Both the position numbers and the translations under genes were made by a program. Below are positions 32,564 to 42,676 of a stretch of DNA of 64,000 nucleotides, one piece after another. Each line of letters starts with the position of its first letter. The stretch's first letter is position 1. The notes beneath the pieces are model-generated. The model ran no database searches. It was given only the letters and a program-made list of their open reading frames with translations, and was not told where the DNA came from. Source of the stretch: an uncultured Chloroflexia bacterium. GTDB lineage: Bacteria > Chloroflexota > Limnocylindria > Limnocylindrales > CSP1-4. The stretch spans positions 765,875 to 829,874 of the forward strand of contig CAVZON010000001.1 of assembly GCA_963776925.1 (NCBI GenBank), given 5' to 3'.

Positions 32564-33576
32564 GCGGGGCGGGACCGATCGACGGGCCGATCACGACCGA
32601 CGACTACCACACCGCCGGCGAGCCGTTCCGGATCGTGACCGGGGGCGTGCCGGTCCCCGAGGGTCGTGACGTGCCGGCCCGGCGTCGATGGGCGGCGTCG
32701 CATCTCGATCCGGTCCGCCGGCTGCTGGTCAACGAGCCGCGGGGCCATGCCGACATGTACGGCTGCTTCGTCACCCCGCCGAACGACGCGGGCGCGGACC
32801 TTGGCGTCGTGTTCTTCCACAACGAGGGCTACTCGACGGCCTGCGGCCACGGCACGATCGCGCTCGTGACCTGGGCGATCGACTCGGGACGCGTCGCCGG
32901 CCCGGAGGTCGTCGTCGACGTCCCGTCCGGCCGCGTCCGCTGCGTCGCCAGGGTCGACGACGCCGGCCGCGTCGAGCAGGTCCGCTTCTACAACGTCCCC
33001 TCATTCGCGCTGGCGCTCGACCTGGAGGTGCCGACGACGCGCGGGTTCGTGACCGTCGACATCGGGTTCGGCGGGGCCTTCTACGGCGTGGTCGACGTCC
33101 GGACGCTGGGCCTGGCAGTGGAGCCGGAAGCGCTCCCTGCCCTCATCGCGTTGCAGCGCGAGCTGCGCCCGGCGCTCGAGGCCGCCATCGATGTGACCCA
33201 TCCGCTCGAGCCGGACCTGCGCGGCATCTACGGCGTCATCTTCTGGGAGCCCGTGGCGGCGCCAGACGGTCGGACCGTCGCCGAGCGCAATGTCACGGTC
33301 TTCGCCGACGGCGAGGTCGACCGTTCGCCGTGCGGCTCGGGGACGAGCGCCAGGCTGGCCGTGCTCCATCGCCGCGGCGAGATCGACGTGGGTGCTCCGT
33401 TCGTGAATCGCTCCATCGTCGACAGCGTGTTCGCGGCCGGCATCGACGGCACGACCGAGGTCGCCGGGATGCCGGCAGTCACGACCTGGGTCGAGGGCAG
33501 CGCCTACCGGACCGGGACCCACCGATTCGAGCTCGATCCGCGGGACGCGCTGGGCGACGGGTTCCTGCTCCGATAG
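32560..33576 (+). CDS. Proline racemase / 4-hydroxyproline epimerase family protein (Cys/Cys type).
   Basis: ...GEPFRIVTGG..., ...YSTACGHGTIAL... (first catalytic Cys), ...DRSPCGSGTSARLA (second catalytic Cys). GTG start overlaps the GNAT stop. Confidence 0.85.
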   Translation: MSGAGPIDGPITTDDYHTAGEPFRIVTGGVPVPEGRDVPARRRWAASHLDPVRRLLVNEPRGHADMYGCFVTPPNDAGADLGVVFFHNEGYSTACGHGTIALVTWAIDSGRVAGPEVVVDVPSGRVRCVARVDDAGRVEQVRFYNVPSFALALDLEVPTTRGFVTVDIGFGGAFYGVVDVRTLGLAVEPEALPALIALQRELRPALEAAIDVTHPLEPDLRGIYGVIFWEPVAAPDGRTVAERNVTVFADGEVDRSPCGSGTSARLAVLHRRGEIDVGAPFVNRSIVDSVFAAGIDGTTEVAGMPAVTTWVEGSAYRTGTHRFELDPRDALGDGFLLR

Positions 33577-33645
33577 CGACGGCGGGCGGCTATGCTCGAC
33601 CGACGCACGCGGCGGCGTTGACGCCGACTGGACCGGAGGTCATCG

Positions 33646-34026
33646 GTGGGCTTCATCATCAGGACGGTCGCGACCGCGATCACCTTCTTCGTCGTCGCCT
33701 ACTTCCTTCCCCAGATCGACTTCGACGGCAACATCCCAGGACTGCTGGTGCTGGCCGTCATCGCCGGCCTCGTCAACGGCCTGATCAAGCCGATCATCAA
33801 GCTGTTCTCGCTGCCGCTGACCGTGATGACCCTCGGGCTGTTCGGGATCGTCATCAACGCCGGGTTGCTGCTGTTCATCGCCTGGCTGTCCGACCTCGTC
33901 GGGATCACCTTCACCGTCGGCGGGTTCCCACCGGACTTCGGACTCAGCGCCATCACCGCCGCGTTCATCGGGGCCATCGCGCTGACGATCGTCGGGTCCA
34001 TCGTCAGCCTGGTGGTGCACGACTGA
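33646..34026 (+). CDS. Small 4-TM membrane protein of the phage-holin-4-like/YvlD superfamily.
   Basis: GGAGGT RBS and GTG start. MGFIIRTVATAITFFVVAYFLPQIDFDGNIPGLLVLAVIAGLVNGLIKPIIKLFSLPLTVMTLGLFGIVINAGLLLFIAWL... Intact. Confidence 0.6.
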   Translation: MGFIIRTVATAITFFVVAYFLPQIDFDGNIPGLLVLAVIAGLVNGLIKPIIKLFSLPLTVMTLGLFGIVINAGLLLFIAWLSDLVGITFTVGGFPPDFGLSAITAAFIGAIALTIVGSIVSLVVHD

Positions 34027-35235
34027 CCCCTGAGCTGGCTGCCGCCCTCCGGGACGTCGCTCGCCGCCGGACCACGCCGATCTACGCGATGGACGCGGTC
34101 GCCCTCGACGCGGCGGCCGCGGCGGTCCGTGCGGCGTTCCCGGATCCCATCGTCCGCCAGTACTCGGTCAAGGCCAACGACGTCCCGCTCGTCATCGGCG
34201 CGGTCGCGGCGCGCGGCTTCGGCGCGAACGTCGTGTCGCGCGGGGAGTGGGCCGCGGCCACGCGCGCTGGCGTGCCGGACGACCGGATCACCCTCGAGGG
34301 CGTGGGCAAGACGAGCGCCGACCTGCGTGCCGCGGTCCGGGCGGCCGCGGCAGGGCATCCGCTGCGCTGGATCGCCATCGAATCGCCCGAGGAGGCCGAG
34401 GAGCTGGCATGGCAGGCGGCGCGGGCAGGCGTCCGCCTCGACGTCCTGTACCGGCTCAACCCGGACGTCGCGCCGGAGACGCAGGCCGGGTTGGCGGTCG
34501 GGGCCGGGCTGAGCAAGTTCGGGATGGACGAGTCGGCGATCGCCCGGGCGGTCGAGGCCGGCGGCGGTCCGGACGGACCGCTCCGCCCGCGGGGCATCCA
34601 CCTGCACGTCGGTTCGCAACTCGGCGCGGTCGACGCCTGGCGCGACGCGGTCCGCAAGGGCCTGGCACTGACCGCCCTGTGGCGCGGATCGATCGACTCG
34701 TTCGACACGCTCGACATGGGTGGCGGGTTCCCGGTCCTGCCCGAGGGCGACCCGGCGCCAGATGCCGGCCCGGTTCGCGCGCGAGCTGCCCGCGATGCTC
34801 GAGGCGATCCCCGCCGACCGGCGGCCGACCCGCCTGGCCATCGAGCCCGGACGAGCGCTCGTCGCGCGCGCCGGCTGGCTGGTGGCCCGCGTGCTGCACG
34901 TGCGCGACCGGTCCGGGCCGCAGGTCGTCATCGACGCCGGGATGACCGAGCTCATCCGACCGGCACTGTACGGCGGCCGCCACCCCGTCGTCGCGCTGAC
35001 GTCCCTCGGGCGTCCGGTCGCGCACGACGTCGCGCGACCCGGCCACGCCGCGCTGGTCGCGACTCGGGTCGAGGGACCGATCTGCGAGTCCACCGACAGC
35101 CTCGGAACGCACGACCTGCCGCCGCTTCGGCGTGGCGACCTCGTGGCCATCGCCGATGCCGGCGCCTATGGGGCCAGCCAGGCCTCGCGCTACAACGGCC
35201 GGCCGCTCGCCCGGACCGTGCTCGTCGGCGCCTGA
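34023..35235 (+). CDS. PLP-dependent decarboxylase of the Orn/DAP/Arg decarboxylase family (LysA-like). Frameshift near 34760. Start codon not resolved.
   Basis: ...TPIYAMDAVALDAAAAAVRAAFPDPIVRQYSVKANDVPLV (PLP-Lys in KAN), ...GIHLHVGSQ..., ...LDMGGGFPV (GGGF signature). C-terminal half ...LAIEPGRALVARAGWLVARVLHV...ICESTDSL... is in the 34720 frame. Confidence 0.8.
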
Positions 35236-37492
35236 GTGATGCGCGACCTGCCATCCTTGCGCGCGATGCGCGCCATCCGGATCGCCCTCGTGCTCGTCGC
35301 GCTGCTCACGGTCGTCGGTGCCGGGCGCCGTCGCGGCCGCAGGCCCGCCGTTCCCGTCCCCGCTGCCGGATCAGCGCGTCTACGACACCGCCGACGCCCT
35401 GCTGCCGGCCACCCGCGAGCACGCCGAGCAGATCGCGCATGCCATCGCCGCGTCCAGCGGCATCGAGGTCGTCGTCTACACGCAGCAGGCCGACGCGGGT
35501 CCGGTCGACGCCGCGTCGACCCGGGAGCACGCGGCGGCGCTGCGCGACGCTTGGCAGGCATCCGCGGGGCAGCAGGACGGGGTGGTGATGCTCGTCGAGC
35601 TGGAGCCGGACGGGACGCTCGGGCAGATCGCCATCGACCCGGGGACCGACATCGAAGGCACCATCGACGCCGCGGAGCTCGCCGCGATCGAGGCGGAGGT
35701 GGCCGAGTGGGTGGCCAGCGACTCCCTCGACACCGCGGTCATCGTCGGCCTGGCGGAGATCCTCCGCGAGTCCCTCGCCGCCGAAACGACGCCCGGCGTC
35801 CCGGCGGTCCCGGACGCCCCGGGTGCGCCCGCCGACGCCCCCGCACCCGGCCCGCCGTTCCCGGATCCCGTCGAAGGGCAGGCGGTCTACGACTTCGCCG
35901 GGGTGTTCGACCCGTCGACGATCGCCGATGTCGAGTCGATCGATCGACGCGATCGAGCAGCGGACCGGCGCCGAGGTCGCCGTCTACAGCCAGGTCGTCG
36001 ACTACGGCGTGACCGAGGACGAGACCGAGGCTCGCGCCCGGGCGCTCATCGACCAATGGGGCATCGGCCGGGCAGGCTTCGACGACGGGCTGGTCATCTT
36101 CTTCGACCTCGATCCGTCGCTCGAGCACGGCCAGGTGCAGCTGTACGCGGCGCCCGGCTTCGAGGCGACGTTCCTCGACAACGCCGCGCGCCAGCGGATC
36201 TTCGACGAGGACATGCTGCCGCACCTCCAGTCGGCCGACCTCGACGCCGCCCTGGCGGCGGCGATGACCAGGGTCGACGAGGCGGCCACGGCGGAGAACG
36301 CCGCGCGACTCCAGGCCGGCCGCCAGGTCAACGCCGTCCTGGGCCTGATCATGGCGCCGGTCGTGTTCATGGGGCTCGCCGGCTGGGCGTTCTTCTCATG
36401 GCGGCGCTTCGGCAAGGACCCGGTCTACCTCGACGACCCGTCGATCCTCATGCCGGCCCCGCCGGAGGACCTGACCGCGGCGTCGGGGGCGTTCGTCATC
36501 GACGGCGGCACCTCCCGACGGGCGCTCACGACGGCGATGCTCGACCTGGCCTCGCGCGGGCTCATCGCCTTCCGCGAGGAGAAGGGGCTGCTCGGGCTGT
36601 CGACCAAGGTCGGCGTGGAGACGCAGCCCGACGCCGGCGACGCGGTCGAGGAGGCGCAGCGGACGCGCAACGCCCGCCGTCCGACCGGGCCGGCGGAGGC
36701 CGTGGCGTTGCAGCGGCTGCGCGGCCTCGACGGCACCGAGCACTACATCGAGCCGGACGACCTGCCCAAGTTCGGGGCGGCGGTGGACGACTTCGACCGC
36801 GCGCTGGAGAGCCACGTCGTGGCCAAGGGCTGGCTGGTCGAGAAGCCGTCGAAGGTCGTGTCGCGGTGGGTCGGACGCGGGGTCGTCGCGATCATCCTCG
36901 GGGTCGTCGCCGATCTTCATCGGGCTCAACATGCCGATCTCCGGGCTCGTGCTCGTCGGTGGCGCGGCCATCGCCGGCGGCGTCGTGATCTGCCTGTTCG
37001 CCCAGGGCATGCCGTCGGTGACGATGCCGGGCGCGATGATCCGGGCGATGCTCGCGGCGTATCGGCGGACGCTGCAGAAGACGATGGAGCAGGCTCGCTC
37101 GATGCAGCAGGTCGTCGACGGCGCCGGGCCTGTCGTGGCTCGAGACGCCCGACCAGGCCGTCGTGTGGGGCACGGCGCTGGGCCTGCAGCACGAGATCGA
37201 GGCGGTGCTCGACCGCTCGATGGAGGATGTCCAGGCCGGCCGCGCCGGGCTGCAGTCGACCTACTTCCCGATCTGGTACCACGGCTCGGATGGTCAGTCC
37301 TTCGCGAGCGCCGCGGCGACCGGCAGCGGCGGCTCGATCTTCTCCGGCTCGGCGATGCCCGACCTCGGCGGGATGATGTCGGCGCTGGGGACGATCGGGA
37401 ACTCGCCCTCGTCGTCCGGCAGCAGCGGTGGCGGCGGGTTCAGCGGCGGCTCATCGGGTGGTGGCGGCGGGGGCGCCGGCGGCGGGTTCTAG
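35236..37492 (+). CDS. Large membrane protein: signal peptide, two tandem TPM (TLP18.3/Psb32/MOLO-1) domains, TM segments, DUF2207-type Gly-rich C-terminus. At least 3 frameshifts.
   Basis: MRAIRIALVLVALLTVVGAG. Then PFPSPLPDQRVYDTADALLPATREHAEQIAHAIAASSGIEVVVYTQQADA (TPM 1). Then PFPDPVEGQAVYDFAGVFDPSTIADVES...IEQRTGAEVAVYSQVVD (TPM 2). Then TM helices (...AVLGLIMAPVVFMGLAGWAFFSW..., ...GLVLVGGAAIAGGVVICLF...). C-terminus ...SGGGGFSGGSSGGGGGGAGGGF. Confidence 0.65.
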
Positions 37493-38267
37493 ATGGACTT
37501 CGATGCGCTGACCGCGGCCCTGACGCGGTCCTGCCGTGCGACCGAGGGCGTCGACGGACTCGTCCTGCTCGGCTCGGCCTCCGCGCGTGCTGCCACCCGT
37601 CGCGACGAGTGGTCGGATCACGACGTCTACGTGCTGCTGGCGGACGATCGCGCCGACGAGCTCCGGTCGACGCTGGCGTTCGTGCCCGAGCCGGAGCGGA
37701 TCGCGGCGCGGGCCCGCGAGAGCCATCTCGGGTTCGCGGTGCTGTACGACGACGGCCACCTGCTGGAGTTCGCGGCGGGCACAGCGGCCGAGCTGGACGT
37801 GGTCCGCAGCGGGCAGTTCGAGGTCGTCCACGACACGGCCGACGGCACGCTCGCCGCGATCGCCGACCGGACCAGCCGGCCCGCGGTCGGATCCCGTGAC
37901 GCCGGCCGACCACACCGCCCTGGCCATCATCAAGCTCATGGTGGGCGTGGGTCGCGCCCGGCGAGGCGAGATCGCCAGCGCCAACCAGTTCATCCACAGC
38001 CACGCCCTGACGCACCTGGCGATGGCGATCCGGACCCGCGTGCCGCCGCCCGGCGCGATCCATCGGGACCCGCTGGACCCGGTGCGGCGCCTGGAGCGCG
38101 ACTACCCGGACCTCGGGGCTCGCCTGGCCGCCGTCCTGGACCAGCCGCTCGAGCCCGCCGCCCGCGGTACCTTCGACCTCCTCCGCACGACACTCGAGCC
38201 GGGCTGGCCCGCGTTCCCGACCGCGGCCGCGGATGCCGTGGCGCGGCGCCTCGGCTGGGTCGACTAG
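37493..38267 (+). CDS. ANT(6)/AadK-like nucleotidyltransferase (streptomycin adenylyltransferase family). Frameshift near 37900.
   Basis: ...GVDGLVLLGSASARAATRRDEWSDHDVYVLLADD... and ...ALAIIKLMVGVGRARRGEIASANQFIHSHALTHLAMAI... These parallel ANT(6)-Ia ...RLVTLEGSRTN...DYDISYFVTD and ...VKGLARNEILFAIDHLNEIVRPNLLRMMAW. The ATG directly follows the upstream TAG. Confidence 0.6.
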
Positions 38268-38939
38268 CTCGCGCCGAACAGCTCCCGACACGCGTCGAGC
38301 CCCTCGATCGTGACCGCGGGTCGCGGTCGGGCGCGCCACTCGTCCAGCGTCATCCGGAACCGCTGCGTCACGCGCGGGACGCCCTCCGGGGCGAGCGACC
38401 CGAGCCCGTTCTCGGCGTAGCCGAGCGCCCTGGTCACCCCGAGCGACGCGTGGTTGTCGAGGAACGCCTCGGTCTCGGCGACCTGCGCCCCGAGCCCGTC
38501 GAACGCCAGCGACAGCACCGCCGAGCGCATCTCCTTGCCGTAGCCGCGGCCCTGCGTCCCGCTGCCGAGCCACGACCCGGTGCCGATCGTCCGATGCACC
38601 GCGTACGACCGCGCGTGCATCCCCTGCATCCCGATCAGCCGCCCGTCGAGGGACGCGGCCAGCCCGAGCTCCCAGGCGTCGGGTGCCCAGGAGGCCCGGT
38701 TGCCCCAGTGGTACGTCAGGTAGTTCCGCTCGAACCGCGGGCTCGGGATCGTCGACCAGGCCGACGCCGAAGGGCATCTCCTCCGGCGGGTGGATGCCCT
38801 CCAGGGCGAGGTCCATCAGGTCGAGCAGCTCCTCGTCGGTGGGGATGCGCAGGACGAGGTGCTCGGATCGGACGACCAGGCCGAAGAGCGGCCAGGCGTC
38901 GGCCAGGCGCGCGCGGACGTCGGGCTCGGGGGCGGCCAT
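38264..38939 (-). CDS. GNAT family N-acetyltransferase (Acetyltransf_3/RimL-like). Frameshift near 38770.
   Basis: MAAPEPDVRARLADAWPLFGLVVRSEHLVLRIPTDEELLDLMDLALEGIHPPEEMPF... (38939 frame). Then ...IGTGSWLGSGTQGRGYGKEMRSAVLSLAFDGLGAQVAETEAFLDNHASLGVTRALGYAENG... (38629 frame). Confidence 0.65.
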
Positions 38940-38964
38940 GGTCGGCCGACGCTACACTCCGGGC

Positions 38965-39294
38965 ATGGGTGCTGTCGAGACGATGGAAGACTTCTTCGAG
39001 AAGCTCAACGGCGGGGACCGCGAGGGTGCGGTCGCGCTGATGGACGAGAAGACCGAGATGCGCGTGCACGTCGGCGACAGCGTGCAGACGCTGCGCGGCG
39101 TCGAGCGTGTGGGCGGCTGGTTCCTGCGCGGTGACGCCGGCCTGCGGATGATCCCCGGCGAGATCCGCGACACCGGGACGACCTACGAGGCCGACCTCCT
39201 GGTCGTCCGGCCGGGCGCGCCGAGCCAGCACATCGACGCCACGTTCCGCGTCGAGGCCGGCAAGATCACCGCCATCAACATCGCGCCCAGATAG
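38965..39294 (+). CDS. SnoaL-like/NTF2-fold protein.
   Basis: MGAVETMEDFFEKLNGGDREGAVALMDEKTEMRVHVGD...DATFRVEAGKITAINIA. 109 aa. Confidence 0.55.
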   Translation: MGAVETMEDFFEKLNGGDREGAVALMDEKTEMRVHVGDSVQTLRGVERVGGWFLRGDAGLRMIPGEIRDTGTTYEADLLVVRPGAPSQHIDATFRVEAGKITAINIAPR

Positions 39295-39315
39295 GGCCGC
39301 GCCGGCCCGCGCCCG

Positions 39316-40634
39316 TCAGGGCTCCGGCGTGGCCTCCTCGCCGGCCGGACTGGCCCCGCCGTCGACCTCGTCCGTCGGCGGCACCGGGATGATGATCTGG
39401 TCCCCGACCGCGATCTGATCCGGGTCCTCGATGGTCTCGGTATTGGCGGCCAGCAGCTCATCGAGCGTCAGGTCGTGCTCGCGAGCGATCTTCGAGAGCG
39501 TGTCGCCTTCCTGGATGACGTAGGTCTGCGGCGTCGGCGCAGGGACCGGCGTCGGCTCCGGCGTGGCGGTCGCGACCGGCCGTGACGCGGACGGGCTCGG
39601 CGTCGCCGTGTCGTCGCCACCGATGCCGAACATCGCCGGCAGGAAGAACACCGCGACCGCCGCGAGCGCCAGGGCGCCGGCGAGGACCGCGACCCGAGGG
39701 ATCGCCGGCAGCGAGCCGCCACCGCGGATCTGGGGATACGCCTCGGCGCGCCGAGCGCGCTCCCACACCGGCCCGTCGTGCGCCTGGACGGTGTCGCGTT
39801 GGGGCGGCCGGGTCGTCGAGTCCTTGGGCCGGGTCGAGCTGACGCTGGGTCGCTTGCCGGGCTTGGCCGGCTCGGTGACGGAGCGGGCATACGCCGCCAT
39901 GTCCGCATCACGCTCCGAGACCCGCATGGCGTCCAGCTGCTCGTCCGGCGTGGCCCTCGTCGAGGCCGCGGCGGCACCGCCGACGAGCCCGGCCAGCTCG
40001 GGGTGCGGACCGCTCGACTTCGGGTCGGCGACGCTGCCGCCGCTGGCCAGCCGATCGGCGGCGCTGCCGGCCAGGCCGGAGCCCTCGCCCGGGTGGTCAG
40101 GAAGTCCGGCGCCGTGGCCCCGCCGCTGGGCGCGGCTGCACGCGGCGATGCGGCGGCTGCAGCCCCGGCCGCCGCCGACCCGGCACCAGGTGCCCATGGC
40201 GGCGGCGCCGCCCAGTCGCGCGGGGGATTGCGGCGCACCGGCGGATCCATGGATCCCGGCGATCCATCCTGGCCGTCGAGGTCCCCATCCGCGCCGTCGC
40301 TGTCACCGGGATGGCGGGACCACTCCTCGGCTTCGCCGGCAGCGGATCCGGCCGCAGCGGCCCCGGCGGCCGCCGCGGCGCCGGCGGCGGCATCGGTCGC
40401 CCGCGCCTGCGCCGCCTCGCGTCGCGCCCAGGTCTGGAACACCGGGCACACCGGAAAGGCGCTCGACAGGCAGTACGCCTCCTGGTGCGCCACGGCCCGC
40501 GGCGCAGGCTCGGCCTCGGCGAAACAGCGGTGGCGGTGATCCGGCCGGTCGGCGCGCGAGTCGCGGTCGTCCTCGAACGCGACGAAGGGGCAGGCCGGGG
40601 ACGCGTCCGCGCTGGGCAGCCCTCGCTCGGTCAT
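39316..40634 (-). CDS. Membrane protein with N-terminal cytoplasmic Cys/His-rich domain (zinc-finger-like), long Ala/Pro/Gly-rich low-complexity linker, TM helix and C-terminal LysM domain. Frameshift(s) near 40190-40250.
   Basis: MTERGLPSADASPACPFVAFEDDRDSRADRPDHRHRCFAEAEPAPRAVAHQEAYCLSSAFPVCPVFQTW (40634 frame). TM ...AIPRVAVLAGALALAAVAVFFLPAMF... LysM TYVIQEGDTLSKIAREHDLTLDELLAANTETIEDPDQIAVGDQIIIP (39316 frame). Confidence 0.6.
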
Positions 40635-40768
40635 CGCCGCGATGATACCCGCGGCACGGCCGTCGGTCTCCGCGATGCGCGTTTGACACGCCCCCGTGCG
40701 GCTCGGACACTCAGGTGCATCCACCGAGACGATAGGGTGTGACCCTCGACCCAGAAAGAAGGAGTCCC

Positions 40769-41201
40769 ATGTCTCGCCTGACCCGCTGGCTTGCGCCCGA
40801 CGACCACCGCCCTTGCCCATTGCGACCTGCCGTGCGGCGTGTACGACCCGGAGCAGGCGCGCATCGAGGCCGAGTCCTGCCACCGCATCATCGAGAAGTA
40901 CGCGGCCAACGAGGACGCGACCTTCCGGACGCGGGCGATCGCCATCAAGGAGAAGCAGGCCGACCTGGTCAAGCACCACCTCGACGTCCTGTGGCACGAC
41001 TACTTCAAGCCGGAGCACCTCGAGGCCGTGCCGAACCTGCACGAGCTGTTCTGGAACGCGAACAAGCAGGTCTCCAAGGTGAAGGCGAGCACCGACGCTG
41101 CCGACTCCAAGAAGCTGCTCGACATGATCGACGAGATCGACGCCGCCTGGAAGAAGACCGGTGGCGAGGAGAAGACGCGGGTCGCCGGCCGACCGAGCTG
41201 A
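40769..41201 (+). CDS. sodN: Nickel-containing superoxide dismutase (Ni-SOD). Frameshift in the short N-terminal propeptide near 40795.
   Basis: Ni-hook HCDLPCGVYDPEQARIEAES... then ...HHLDVLWHDYFKP... AAGGAG RBS and ATG at 40769 give MSRLTRWLAP. This leader matches the Streptomyces pro-peptide (MLSRLFAP...), but it is +1 relative to the mature frame, which is listed from TTG 40791. Confidence 0.9.
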
Positions 41202-41216
41202 CCGACGACTAGCCAC

Positions 41217-41693
41217 ATGCGCTTCCTGGGGCCCCGCCGGACGGCGGGGCCTCGTCGTACCGAGTCGCTGCGCCATCGACTGCGTGGCCCGTGGCGGCTG
41301 GCCATCCGCCAGGCGAGCATGGAGCCGACCCTGACCGAGGGCGACTGGCTGCTCGTCGACCCGACCACCACGCGCTGGCCGCGGTCGCGGGTCGATCGTC
41401 GCGTTCCTGGAGCCGGATACCGGCGCGCTCGCGGTCAAGCGCGTGGCCGCCGGTCCCGGGCGACGGGTGCCGTTCGCCGAGGGCTACCTCGAGCTGGCCG
41501 ACGACGAGGCCTGGCTGACTGGCCGACGCGTCGCCGGAGACGACGGCCGAGGCCGAGCTCGGGCCGCCACGCGACTCCGAGCGCTACGGGCCGGTGCCCG
41601 TCGCGATGCTCGTCGGGCGGGTCTGGTTCCGCTACGCGCCGCTTGCGCCGGATCGGGCCGGTCAGGCGACCGCCACCGGTGCCGCCAGGCTGA
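41217..41693 (+). CDS. sodX: SodX: S26 signal-peptidase-like Ni-SOD maturation protease. Two frameshifts. The 3' end is approximate.
   Basis: ...WRLAIRQASMEPTLTEGDWLLVDP (S26 SMEPTL catalytic Ser motif). Then ...IVAFLEPDTGALAVKRVAAGPGD...GYLELADDEAWLTG... and ...VGRVWFRYAPL in other frames. Confidence 0.7.
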   Translation: MRFLGPRRTAGPRRTESLRHRLRGPWRLAIRQASMEPTLTEGDWLLVDPTTTRWPRSRVDRRVPGAGYRRARGQARGRRSRATGAVRRGLPRAGRRRGLADWPTRRRRRRPRPSSGRHATPSATGRCPSRCSSGGSGSATRRLRRIGPVRRPPPVPPG

Positions 41694-42565
41694 GGCCGGC
41701 CGCCAGGACGTCCTCCGCGAAGGCGGCCTGCGCCTCCTCGGTCGGCGACCAGCGCGTCGGGAACGCGACGAGCCGGTCGAGCCCGGCCTCCGCCAACGCC
41801 GCGAGATGGTCGATCCGCCGCTGGCCCGGTCGTCGCACGGCCTCGTCGAAGGTGTAGAGCGAGAAGCGCAGCGTCGCCGGGTCGCGACCCTCGGCCTCGC
41901 ACCGTGCCCGGACCTCGGCGATGCGCTCGGCGACCTGCGGCGGCTCGATCATCACGAAGTTCAGCTCGTCGGCGAAGCGGATCGCGAGGCCGGCCGTCCG
42001 GTCCCGGCCATTGCCGCCGACGATGATCGGGATGCGCGGCTGCTGGAGCCCGCGCGGCTCATTGATCGCGTCGCGTCACGCTGGCGTGCTCGCCCGCGTA
42101 CGTCGCGCGACCCGGCTCGAACATCCGGGTGATGACCTCGAGATGGTCACCGAAGACGTCGATCCGCTCGCCGATCGGCGGGAAGCCGTAGCCGTAGGCC
42201 AGCCACTCGTCTTCCTTCCAGCCGGCCCCGATGCCGAGCTCGAAGCGGCCGCCGGTGATGACGTCGATCGTCGAGGCCATCTTGGCCGTCACGCCCGGGT
42301 TGCGGAAGCCGGTGCACACGACCATGTGCCCGAGCCGGACGCGCTCGGTCGCCATGGCCATCGCGGTGAGCAGGTGAACGACTCGAAGGTGATCTCGTCG
42401 GTCGGATCGGGCACGGTGTGGAAGTGGTCGAACACCCACAGCGACTCGAATCCGAGCGCCTCCGCCTGACGGGTCAGGGCTCATCGTGCGCGCCCAGGCC
42501 TCGGCCGGGTCCCAGCCGTCGTACTCGCCCTTCCAGCCCTGCGGGATCAACAACCCGACCTGCAT
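41662..42565 (-). CDS. LLM-class (luciferase-like) F420-dependent oxidoreductase. Frameshifts near 42480 and 42000.
   Basis: GGGAGG RBS. MQVGLLIPQGWKGEYDGWDPAEAWARTM...SLWVFDHFHTVPDPTDEITFESF...GHMVVCTGFRNPGVTAKMASTIDVITGGRFELGIGAGWKEDEWLAYGYGFP... C-terminal part 41662..41955. Confidence 0.75.
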
Positions 42566-42676
42566 CCAGACCTCCCGATCGTGCGTGCGGAGCGTCCATG
42601 GTGCCGCAGTCGGGCGGATGTCGCGCCGGGCGGGTCGTTCGGCCGGTCGCGGCCGGGCCGTGCCTATGCTGCCGGC

